Source: Octopus sinensis
Lineage: Eukaryota
Assembly (NCBI RefSeq): GCF_006345805.1
Contig: NC_043006.1
Location: 43,586,001-43,650,000 of the forward strand
Length of the DNA: 64,000 bases
Reading direction: 5' to 3'
Numbering within the stretch: the first letter of the stretch is position 1; every line of letters begins with the position of its first letter. The position numbers were made by a program, and so were the translations under genes. The notes under the pieces were generated by a model. It searched no databases. It saw only the letters and a list, made by a program, of their open reading frames with translations, and was not told the DNA's origin. Positions 1 to 12,155 of the stretch are shown here, piece after piece.

Positions 1-407
1 ACACAAGCTGGTCACACACGGACACACACACACGTGATAGATTTCCACACAGTTTCTGTCTACCAAATTCATTCACAAGGTATTGGTCAGTCCAGAGCTA
101 TAATAGAAGACACTTGCTTAAGGTGCTGCACAATGGTCAGTCTAATAGATAAAAAAAAATAGAGCACAAATACATTGATGGTTTATACTTCAGGCTTTGG
201 TGCCTTTATTAAAAGTCAAAAAAGACTTGAATGATACTGGGGTCGTATATTTTAAAGAAATCCCACAAACAGGCATGGTCATGTGGTTAAGAAGCTAGAT
301 TTGCAGCTGTGTGGTTTCAGGTTCAATTCCACTATGTGGCTCCTTGGGCCAACAAATTCCTTCTTGTGAGTGAATTTGGTTGACAGAAACTGTGTAGAAG
401 CATGTCT

Positions 408-486
<79 letters not shown>

Positions 487-712
487 CAAAGGAATTCCAA
501 CTCTGTTTTTTATGTTTTATTTATATTCTTATAATATTGATATATAATATATAATAAGAAAGAAATGAAATGAAATATTGATTGTCTTATTGAACAAATG
601 AAATATTGAAAATTAAATATTAAATGTCTATTCTCATTGAACTAGTATACTTTCTTGCATTTAAGCATTCATCAGGTTCAGATTGTGACAGGAACGCTTA
701 TACATATATATG

Positions 713-752
<40 letters not shown>

Positions 753-2449
753 GACACACAAACACACACACACAGTGGACTTCCATACAGTTTCTGTCTA
801 CCAAAATCACTAAGAAGGCATTGGTCAGCCCAGGTTTATAGTAGAAGACATTTGCCCAAGGTGCTGCACAATGGGGTCAGAAATACAAAAACCAAGTGGT
901 GCTTTTCTTAATAATAAAAGAGAGAAAATAAAGAAAAGAAAGAAAAGAAACTCGAACTAAAATTCCCCTTTATGGGTTTTGAACTCATGACTACTGTTAG
1001 GAAAATAAACTGAGAGAAGCTTTTCGTTTTTAGTTCATGAGTCAAAGACAAAATGTTCAAAAATAAACAATAGAAGGGAAAATAAATTTAAAAAAAAAAA
1101 AATCGACCGATTGATTTATTGATGAGCAGGGAGTTTCGAATGGAGAAAACAGCACAGCTGATTGGTAAGTAAGTATTCATTAGTTCACAGAGCACTGGTA
1201 AATCAAAGTTAACTACATATGACTTGCGGATAACAGTTGACCGAGCACTGCTTATTATAGTCTTTCTGCGTATTCAACTAGTTAGTTACAGTAGAAAAAT
1301 GTCAACGGTTTTGGCTTTAATCACCTGAATTACCTAGTCTTGTTTTACTGTTTTCTTTTAGCAAAGTGGATGGCTTTGAAATGACAACAACTTTTATTAT
1401 TAATCAGACATCTACTGAAAATACCTTTCAGAAGAGAACGGATATAATAATGATATCTCATGTCATCTTAATAATAGTACCATCTTTGTTAGGAAAAGAC
1501 AAGCAAGTAATTAGGAGTTCATTTACATTCTTCCTACCCCTGCCGCCGCTGCCTCAGCCACTACTAATTACACATAAGACCGGTGGGGAAGGGGGTTTGG
1601 TTTCTAATGGGAAGGGGATGTAGTTGTGTAGTTGACTGAACCAACCTCAGTGTATTGTTTGTACTTAATTTTAACGATCCACTAACGAACGAAAGACAAA
1701 TATATGATTGGGAAGATATGAGATCTGAATGATGAGGCTTGAACTTTTCAGTCTGGCACTCAACCAATTCGCTATTTTACTGGCTCTGCTACTATGATAA
1801 AAATAATTTCTTATTTGGTACAAGGTCTTTAAAGGAGTGGAGGTTAACAAGAAAGGATAAAAAATTAAAAAAATTATTTCAACCAATATAAAATGAAATA
1901 AAACAGTACATCAGAAATAAGTGATAGTTACTCTCTTTTCTTTTAATCCTCAGAATAGTAAGTTATGTTGTCATCCCAGCAGTACTGATGGGAATTGAAA
2001 GCAGAATGTGTGTCTGTAAAAGTATGTACCATATTTGATGGCATATAATGTACATGAGCATATGGCATGCCCCAGTTTCAGCAGTACGTGACTGTTTTTA
2101 GGGGCAATGAAGCTTACAGGAGGCCCACCTTTGCTAATAGGACCTAGAATGGGATTTTTTGAGACATTTTTTTAAAATGAAACCAGTGCATATATAGGTG
2201 TTCACAAACCCATTACACACTGTATGTGTGTGTGTGTGTATACACATACAAACATACACACTCACATATACATACAGATATCCACCAGCTCGGAAGATCA
2301 CAGGGTTACATATTCAAGCTATTAACTAGCAGCATCCCACTGAAACCCCAGGGAAAAACTAGTAAGTAAGATTGGCCATAATGGATATCTAATACTGTAC
2401 ACTTTGGTTGATACATACATATGTGTGGGTGGGGTGGGGTGGGGGCAAA

Positions 2450-2890
2450 GGCGCAGGAGTGGCTGAGTGGTAAGTAGCATGCTTACCAGCCACATGGTTC
2501 TGGGTTCAGTCCCAGTCCATGGCACCTTGGACAAGTGTCTTCTACTATAGCCTGTAAACAAAGCCTTGTGCACTCACAAGGCTTTGTTCAGCCTGAGGCT
2601 ATAGTAGATTTGGTAGACAGAAACTAAAAGAAGCCTGTCATATACACACATATATATATATATGTATGTATGTGTGTGTGTTTACTTGTCTGTGTTTGTC
2701 ACCCCACCCACCCACATCGCTTGACAACCAATGCTGGTGTATTTGCATCCCCGCAACTTAGCAGTTCCGCAACATAGACCGATAGAATAAGTACTAGGCT
2801 TACAAAAAATAAGTGCTGGGGTCGATTTGCTCGACTAAAGGCAATACTCCAGCATGGCCACAGTCAAATGACTGAAAAAAATAAAAGAAT
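2450..2890 (+). mobile_element. tRNA-derived SINE family A, full-length (head, microsatellite, second module)
   Basis: Head ggcgcaggagtggctgagtggtaagtagc...gggttcagtccc (A/B-box-like), ...gaaactaaaagaagcc, (TA/TG)n, then cttgacaacc...gatagaataagtactaggcttac...gtcaaatgactgaaa. Many near-identical copies in the window. Confidence 0.85.
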
Positions 2891-2898
2891 ATATATAT

Positions 2899-2970
<72 letters not shown>

Positions 2971-2989
2971 GTATATATATATATATGTG

Positions 2990-3140
2990 TGTGTTTGTGT
3001 CCCTTTCTGTAGAAGAGCATAGGCTCAAAACGTAAAAGACTTTTTCTATTCCTGAGCGTTATACTAATACATCTGTTTGTTTTGTACACCACCTGTCTTC
3101 GTCTTTTGTTTTTTTTTTGTAAACTCTCCTCACATATACA
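2990..3140 (+). mobile_element. Probable Penelope-like terminal fragment with a degenerate hammerhead scaffold
   Basis: cttt-ctgtaga-a-gagc-atag-gctc-aaaac-gta-aaag at 3003-3038 has the same geometry as the 29.9 kb hammerhead, with two core substitutions. Confidence 0.45.
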
Positions 3141-3445
3141 TATATATATATATAAGCTCTGGTGCCAAGCAGTGATCAGGAATAAATGAACTTTAGGTTA
3201 GTTAAAATATGTTTGTGACACATTTTTACTTCAAAACGTTAATACACTGCAATTACTGTGTAGACGAAAATTCTCTCTTATAGTAAAAAGTGTAAAAACA
3301 CCATATCTGAACATGTATTTCTAAATTAAATTGCATTTTAATGACAATATGTACATATACAGCATATTTATATAAATTGGGAAAGGAATCCACAATTTCA
3401 CAAAATGACTCAACACTTGTAGTGAACAAGAGTATGAAGATTTAA

Positions 3446-3668
3446 CCCTTTGGTGTTTAAGCCAGCCATATCCGGCCTAAATATCCTTCATGTTTTACAT
3501 TCAAACTGGCCATATCTAGCCTCTCATACCTAACCTACATTGACATTCTAAGAATAAACTATCGCACTATTGAAACTTCAAAGCTGTAAGATAATGCATG
3601 ATTAATTTGAAACAATTTGAGTGAAAAATAAGTATTACATTTAACAGATTAATCTGAACTCTCAAGGG
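3446..3668 (+). mobile_element. piggyBac-type MITE, about 220 bp
   Basis: TTAA at 3442-3445 and 3669-3672 flank CCCTT...AAGGG ends. The interior is homologous to the inverted copy at 35178-35397. Confidence 0.75.
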
Positions 3669-4814
3669 TTAATTCTGTATTTTCTTACAAACAAGCTATT
3701 TGTTTCAGTTACACATACATACACACCTGTTTGAGTGTGTGTGTAGACATAGGCATGGGTAGGTGGTTAAAATGTTCACTTTATAAACTTGAGGCCTCTA
3801 GTTCAATCCGGTATGAGCAAGTGTCTTTAATAATAGCATCAAATTGACACCACCAGCACCACCAACTCTGCCAGGGAAATTGGTCGGAAGGAAACTGTAG
3901 AAGCCTTTTGGATGGGCTGTACCTGTAGAGCTTTGTCGTACACATATACACTGCATTACACTGAGTCAGTCTGATCATTAGATTAAAGACATGCATGTCT
4001 GGGGAATACTCAGCCACCAACCCTATAATCCAATGATTTTGTAGCAGAGTAGATCAAACAGAATAGTCATTATCAAAATGAATGGAAATCCACTTACTTT
4101 ACTTAACTACATTTAAGTACAATCTTATGATTGTGTGTGTGTGTGTGTGTGGGTGTGCATGCATATGAGAGAGAGAGAGACTTAAACAGTCATGAACAGG
4201 CAAGGTGACTAAGTAAAGTTTGGGTTTCATAGTGAATGTGTTCACCATTGTGCTTTACAGAGAATATCTTTCGCATTGTTCATAGAAAGAAAACATCATA
4301 CAAAATGTCTGATGGGACCTATTCTTCATTGAGATTCTTGTTTAAGTTCAATAATCAACATCATACATACATACTTATATATATATATATATATCATCAC
4401 CATCATCATTTAACATCCGTTTTCCATGAAGGTACTTAAATGTGCGTTTGTATGTATACATTTGCACATGTGAGTATATATGTTGGAAACTTTCTGAAGA
4501 CATCTAAATGTAAGTGTATATAATAATGCACATGTGTGCACATGTTGAAAGCTTTCCTTAGGTAGCTAAATGTGTGCGTGTATGTGCATGTGTGTATATG
4601 TGTCTGTGTGTATTGGAAACCTTGTTTACATATTTAAATCATGGTGATTATTATGCATACAACAGTAATTTGCATATATCACAGAACCTGTTAAATCTTC
4701 CGGTTTAAACAGCCAGCTTGCTTGGCAAAAAGGTCAGGAGTTCATATCTCCTTACTGACATGGTATAATGACCAGGACACTTAATTCTCAAAGGTTGAGT
4801 CCAAAGTTGTTGCT

Positions 4815-5010
4815 GTTGGTGTTTAGCCCAGGGCAACCCTGATTAAGCAGAGTTCTGAGCAAAGACATCTTAGTAGTGATCATCCTATTATTTTCTAGTC
4901 GCATATCCAGAACTATGTAATCTAATGTGTCCTTTTATAAAACTGTAGGGTGTGATTGTGATTTAAGGAAGAATTAGCTGCTATTTCAAACAGGTTGAGT
5001 AACAGCTCAA
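4815..5010 (+). repeat. Old interspersed repeat (diverged copies also at about 32475-32610 and 39970-40130)
   Basis: Shared degenerate motifs such as tttag.ccca.g.ca.ccctgat, taatgtg and tagggtgtgatt among three loci, aligned by eye. Confidence 0.45.
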
Positions 5011-7358
5011 CAATTCATTGTCATTAGAACAGGCTGATTTTAATTCCTCCAGCAAGAAGTAACCAAAGGGTTGAGAAGGATGTGGCTGTAGGAATTAAAA
5101 TGTAATGAAGTTAGGGGAATGAGTTTGGACAGGAACGAAACACATTTTCCCAGTTCAGGAGAACGAATATCCAATGCCAAAGAAACCAAAGATAAGCAAC
5201 AGCTTAGTGATCTGTGAAAGTCTGAGATAGAATTATACCTTAACCCATTAACTGCAAAATTAAATTTCATGGTTATTCCAGTAATGATGTAAAATACCTA
5301 GCAACAAATAGAATTGATATTTTCAGCAGGTCATGTTGCCTCCATAAACTTGACACATCTCATCAAAAAATAGTTTCAGACATGTCATTCCTCAATAAAA
5401 GATAGATTGGCGTATGAAAATGCTTTCTGCAGTAAAGGGTAATGAAATTTTGAGTAGATATATCTGGTTTCTAAAGTAAAAGGATGAAAGCGACTGAAAT
5501 GTATTAACCACTGATCTATTATCATGCGATCTGTTACACATCTGATCACTTTCATACAATAATTCAAGTTTAGCACAGATGTATTTACCATACCTACATT
5601 ATTCATACACTTCAAACTCAATAAAACACACTACTATTTTCCTTGACCACTCATTTAATACCATACACGAGTTATATATTAAGAAATACCATAGAACCAA
5701 ATTACTGTATTTAATGGCATATAACATACTTTTTTCCCCAAAAAATATCTCAAAGAATCCCCTCCAAGTCCTATCAGTGAAGTTGACCCCCTCCTCCCTC
5801 CCATAAGCTAATTTTGTCCCTGATATTCTTCTTTATATGTGCTGTTGAAACTGAAGTGTGTCTTATATGTCCAGACTAATGACTACGGTATATTCAGATA
5901 CACCATAGCATCATTATAGGTTTCCATATATCTTTGGTAGAATCATTCAGTTTTATTGATAGCAAGATTGATTAATGCAAGAGACATGCAGAAGTAATTT
6001 GGAGTGGTATGTAAATCTTCAATCCTTGAACTTATAGTCTACTTGACAGATGTTTAAATAACAGTAAAATTTCACAGCCTGATGTTATCTTGGAAATCAC
6101 TTAGAATTCACTAGAGTTGCCAATTAGAAGGAAACTGATGAAATGGAAAACAAAAAACCAAGATTTGTAATTGATCCAAAATATTTCTACTAATAGCTGG
6201 GAGCTGGTTTGGAGCTTTTGTCTATATCTATCAAAAAATTACAAACAAAATGGGTTAACGTGTATTTAATTTATTTACACACATAATAGAGATGGCTGCC
6301 AAATACTTTGCAGTGAAATAAAAAAAAAAAAGAAAAAAGATATCTTCAGAAATTCCCAACTGATATCATTTATTCTCTAACAGTACAACTATCCTTGTTT
6401 ATCACCAATTCGTTTATCATTGATCCAATATAACATGGTACACTCAATTGTGAAGCATATGCTTCTCATGGATTTAATTTCTGATAACACAGGTCAACAA
6501 TCAGTCAAAGAATCTACTTATAATGTAAGGCCACACCCCAGCGACCGTCCACAATGTTCAGCTATTCGGAATGCACAAACTATCACTTGCGTTGAGAGGC
6601 TGTGTTTTCTTCATACAGATTTGTGTACTTTACCCATCGTCATGGGACCAGTGAAGTGAAAATGAATGACGGTGCCTGATCCTAACAAATGATGCAGACA
6701 AGTGTATACTTAACAGAAAAACATAGAAATGACCAAGAAAATATGTAATGGTGGAAGCTTTGCATCTGTGGGCTGCTAGTTTGGTGTCACTGAACCCATC
6801 GTTTGTCCCATTTACAAAGTGCAAGGAGAGGATTCATTTATCAAAGTTAAGGAGGATTTTTTTTCTTAAAGTGTAGTTTTATAAGAGAGTTAAACTTAGG
6901 GCATTATTTGGATTACAAAGGGTTGCAGTAAGACTCAAAACCAAGTCCTCGAATTATGAAGTTTAAGTCTCGACATAACAAAACCTTGTTCACATGAGAG
7001 GTCACATTATTGCCCAATCAGCAGCCAGACATCATGTGAAAGAACATTCTAGAAAACCCTAGAATATTTCCCTACTAGGGTTGATTAATGCCTTGTTTTT
7101 AGGGTGTTATGTCTTTTCATCTGACGTCACTTCGTTAAATGTCTTTTCGTCCACATCATCATTCACACGAAGCCTCACATGTATATCAAACAAGTCACAG
7201 GGTTACTGAGTTCGGTGCCTTCTCTCTTTTGAATATTTTTCTCCCCTTAGCCCAACCAGAAGGGGCTAATTCACTATAGCTATCATGATCTAGTCAGGAG
7301 TCTTAACACAAAACACAGAACCAGAATAGCTACTGCAATGCATTCCATTTAGAACTCT

Positions 7359-7790
7359 TTACTGCCTACACACAGAGGGAACAAAGAAGGACAGACAAAC
7401 AGATTAAGTTGATTATATTGACTTCAGTGCGTAACTGGTCCTTAATTTATTGACCCCGAAAGGATGAAAGGCAAAGTCGATCACGGCAGAATTTGAACTC
7501 AGAACGTAGCGGCATATGAAATACCGCTAAGCATTTCACCCGGCGTGCTATTGCTTCTTATTTCTTTACTGTCCACAAGGGGCTACACACAGAGGGAAAA
7601 AACAAGGACAAACAAACAGATTAAGTTGATTATATCGACTCCAGTGTGTAACTGGTACTTATTTAATCGACCCTGAAAGGAAGAAAGGCAAAGTTGACCT
7701 TAGTGGAATTTGAACTCAGAACGTAGCAGCATACGAAATACTGCTAAGCATTTCACCTGGCGTGCTAACATTTCTGCCAGTTTCGCCGCC
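7359..7790 (-). mobile_element. tRNA-derived SINE family B, tandem dimer with 10-bp TSD
   Basis: Two units containing gaaaggatgaaaggcaaagtcga...gaatttgaactcagaacg; one unit lacks about 20 nt of its head. ttagaactct at 7349-7358 and 7791-7800. Confidence 0.88.
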
Positions 7791-8590
7791 TTAGAACTCT
7801 GACGTATTCTGCCAATCCGTAACCCTAAACTGGTGTTTTATCAAATCCTTGCAAAAGGAAAGCAAAATGACTTAGATGAGATTTGATCTCAAAGTACAAA
7901 CAACAGGAACAAATGCCAACAAGGTAGCTAATCCAATGCTTAAATAACTCCTCGGTTCATCTCCTTCATGATGATGTTAATAAGCATGATGATGATGATT
8001 ATCATCATCATAATCCTCATCACCATAGGAGAAATGAAAATAACGGTATTTATAGTAACTGATGATGGACTTGGATGATGGCAACTAAATTGCCAATAGT
8101 AGTGATGGTCATGGTGGTGCTAACGATATTGATAACGACAGAGATGGTAATTGGAGTGATAATGTTATTGCTAATCACCATGATGATTAAAAATATATAA
8201 AAAAAAAAATGAAAACTGACAATGAAGACAGTGATGGAAGCAGTAGAGCGGGGGGGGGGGGGGGTGATGACAATGACAACAATGGCGGCAGTGGTGGTGG
8301 TGGTGGTTATAGTGCTGAAGACAATGACAAAAAAAAACCAAAAAAAAACAGCTTACTCCTTTACAGAATGTCATCTGAAAATGTTTGATAGAAACAGAGA
8401 AGGCGGAAGCATACATACACACACAAAAACAAAACCGTGATAGGGAGGACAAGATGAATTTTGCAAGAAATCTTGACGTATTTGCTATGTTATCACACAA
8501 ATAAAGTGATTGCCAGCAACAAGAACTCATTACCATACTTGTTTCACAACAGGCCAAAATAATTGGCAAACATAAAAAATAATATCAAAA

Positions 8591-8632
<42 letters not shown>

Positions 8633-8789
8633 GTGATAACCTTTTCTTTATTAACCACTAAGGAATGGCAAAAAAAAATTGGGAGTGGCACAGAACAATG
8701 CAATTAATTGTTTCTAAATTAGACACAAGGCCAGCAATTTGAGAGGAAGGAGTTAGTCAATGCCATCGATTCCACTACTAGTTCATAAC

Positions 8790-8821
<32 letters not shown>

Positions 8822-8830
8822 TAATAATAA

Positions 8831-9042
8831 TTCTTGCTACTATAGCACAAGGCCTGAAATTTTGGGGGAGAAGCAAGTCAATTACATCAACCCCAGTGCG
8901 TAACTGGTACTTGTTTCATTGATCCCAAAAGGATGAAAGGCAAAGTTGACCGTGGCAGAATTTGAACTCAGAACGTAAAGATGGACAAGATGCCACAAAG
9001 CATTTTGCTTGGCGTGCTAACGATTCTGCCAGCTCACCATCT
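8831..9042 (-). mobile_element. SINE family B, variant tail
   Basis: Same central domain (ccccagtgcgtaactggtac...aaggatgaaaggcaaagttgac...tttgaactcagaacg) and head. Confidence 0.8.
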
Positions 9043-9084
9043 TCAACCAGCTTTAAATATCTTAAATACTGATAATCTTGCTGT

Positions 9085-9560
9085 TCCTGTATTTGTTTCA
9101 GTCATTTGACTGCAGCCATGCTGGAGCACCACCTTTAGTCGAGCAAATCGACCCCAGGACTTATTCTTTGTAAGCCTAGTACTTATTCTATCTGTCCCTT
9201 TTGCTGAACTGCTAAGTTACGGGGGACATAAACACACCAGCACCAGTTGTCAAGTGATGTTGGGGGGACAAACACATAGGCATAGAAGTGGCTTTGTGGT
9301 AAGAATAGGCGTAGGAGTGGTTGTGTGTTAAGTAGCTTGCTTACAAACCACATGGTTCCAGGTTCAGTCCCACTATGTGGCACACACACACACACACACA
9401 CATGACAGGCTTCTTTCAGTTTCCGTCTACCAAATCCACACAAGGCTTTGGTCAGCCCAAGGTTATAGTAGAAGACACTTGCCGAAGGTGCTATACAGTG
9501 GGACTGAACCTGGAACCATGTGGTTGGTAAGCAAGCTACATACCATACAGCCACTCCTGC
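9085..9560 (-). mobile_element. SINE family A with an extra inverted head fragment nested inside (about 9303-9380, +)
   Basis: Minus copy: second module 9085-9290, head 9400-9560. A plus-strand head sits in the middle and is complementary to about 9490-9560. Confidence 0.75.
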
Positions 9561-10440
9561 AAAGTTTTAGATATTAATATAGTCAAACAAATTTCCCTGT
9601 TTCATTTTTATTTTATTTTATTTTATTCTTTTTTTTTTTGATGGTGGTGGTGGTTGCATAGTGGAAGAGAAAAGCCACACGGACATGATATTAAAGGAGA
9701 CTAGATGCAGGACAATGGCCTCTATTGTATTTACACCATGGAAACATCGTGGGGCAAAACAGATTGGCTCTAACTCCAAACAGTAGTATTTTGCAAATCA
9801 GGTGAGTTATTACTTTACGTAATATACAAACAGGGCAGGAAATAGCTACAAAATAAGAGCAATGTTTGTTGCTAGTGTTACACTGCCACCATCACCACCA
9901 CCACCGCAACCACCACCACCACCACCACCATCATCATCATCAGCAGCAGCAGCAGCAGCATTATAATATCTATTTTTCACACTTGCCTGAGCTAATTGGA
10001 AGAAGTTTACCCAAGTGAAAGTTTTCATCACTGAATGCACATCCTAATGTCAACCATTTTGGCGGAAAATACTGCCTGTGACTTGGAAACTGTCATACCC
10101 AACTATAGGGAGCTTTCTTCTTAATTCTATGGCCCTTCTGCCACTTGCATGGCTTTATTCAGATAACCAAAAGAAGAAACGACTGTAAAATGGCAAGACA
10201 AACTCTGCTTTCTCATAAACCTTTCTTTCCCTTTTTCACAAAGTGCTACAGCTAAGACTCTTAATTGCTTCCCAGTCAGATAAAATGCACACTTTCATTT
10301 GTGTGCACAAACACACGCATACATATATGCAAGTATAAATACATCCACAAGCATGCATGCACACAGAGATACAACATATGTGCATGCATGCACATACATT
10401 AATACTTTGTTATTTTATTACCACACACATACACACACAC

Positions 10441-10488
<48 letters not shown>

Positions 10489-11920
10489 GTGCATCCAGCA
10501 TCGATCTGAATGAAGAAGAATGAAATATAAAACACGTAACTTGAAAATAAAATTGAAATGAGTTCAGAAGTAAACTATTTTTGAAATTATAACTAAGCCT
10601 AAACGAACTTGTTTCAGAGTTCTTTGGCAAAAACATATTAGCAAGTGACATCTGAGAAAGCAAGCCAATTTTATATAACATATGCCATACATCTCAGAAC
10701 TTAATTAACAAGACTCTTATTCCAAAATGCCTCATTTAAATGTATTTTTGATAAAACTTCAATATATATTATGAATAAAAATATAAAAATAATACAAAAT
10801 TTCTTAAAATGTGAAAAGGTAAAAATTGAACTCTTCCAGTCGGTGAAGTTGAAATTTTATTTTTATTTCAGTTTTCAAGTCACATTCCTGAGTAGTTTCT
10901 AGTGTCCAATTTATCTTACATTCTTCCAAGAAAATAAACAAGTACTTAATGAGGTAATTGGGCTTAAAAATAACTTTGTAAAGCAGTGTGTGTGTGTGTG
11001 TGTGCTTGTATCTCTGCGTGTGTTTAAGCATCTGCTCACACACAGACACATGCACACATAAACAAAGGCAACATTCCTCACACACACACACAAGCACACT
11101 CAGAATGGTTTCCAATAATCTTTGCAATAAAATAAAGAAGCTATTGAGAAATATGCACCATTGATAAAGGGCCATTCTGAAATAAATTCTCATGAAAACA
11201 TTTTGTGATGAGTATAGGAAGCAGGTAAGTTCTTTAACATATCATCAGGAAAAGGTGAAGAAAGAGGTTGGAAGTGCACAGCAGATAGTAAATACACAAG
11301 CTTTCATTCTACGAACACACTAGATAAAAAACAAAATCTTCTGTTGACAGCAGGATTTGTAAGTCAAGCATTTCAGTAAAAGAGTAGTAATTTTGTAACT
11401 ATTCTTCAGACTTTAGTTTCAAAAAAATAAATGAACAAATAAGTTTAAAAAAAAAACTATATATGTAAAGTAATAAAGTCATCGTCGTCATCATCAACAT
11501 CATCATTTTAACATCCACTTTTCCATGCTTGCATGGGTTAGATAGAGTTTATTGAGGTAGATTTTCTACGACTGGATGCCTATTCTGTTGCTAACCCTTA
11601 CCTATTTCCAAGCAAGATAATATTTCCCCATGGCTAGACATGTTCTCACAGAATATCAAAAATGAATGGCACTGGTTGTAAGACAGTGGTAATCATTTTA
11701 CAACTATCACACAATGCCAAGACAAGGTCACACACACACACACACAACAGGCTTCTTTCAGTTTCCATCCACCAAATCTGCTCACAAGGCTTTGGTCAAC
11801 CTGCTGAGGCTATAGTAGAAGACATTTGCCCGACATGCCACATGGTGGGGCTGAACATAGAACCATGTGGCTGTAAAACAAGCTCCTTACCACACAGCCA
11901 CACCTGCACCTAATAATACT

Positions 11921-12155
11921 TATTTCTTTATTGCTCACAAGGGGCTAAACATAGAGGGGACAAACAAGGACAGAGAATGGGATTAAGTCGATTACATTGA
12001 CCCTAGTGCATAACTGGTACTTAATTTATCGACCCCGAAAGGATGAAAGGCAAAGTCGACCTCGGCGGAATTTGAACTCAGAACGTGACGGCTGACGAAA
12101 TACCACTAAGCATTTCGCCCAGTGTGCTAACATTTCGGCCAGCTCACTGCCTTAA
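11921..12155 (-). mobile_element. SINE family B, full-length with 17-bp TSD
   Basis: ctgcacctaataatact at 11904-11920 and 12156-12172. Abuts the head of a family A copy (about 11745-11910). Confidence 0.9.

Noticed and set aside
1362-1623. Plus-strand acceptor-like ttttcttttag followed by an 85-aa ORF
   Set aside because: No recognisable protein, no partner exons, and T-rich AG sites are common by chance at this base composition.
5040-5270. ORF containing ALDIRSPELGK, loosely like CNH AIEIRSVETGH
   Set aside because: The flanking conserved motifs (MGWG, LDGVFMHK, FLCERNDK) are absent.
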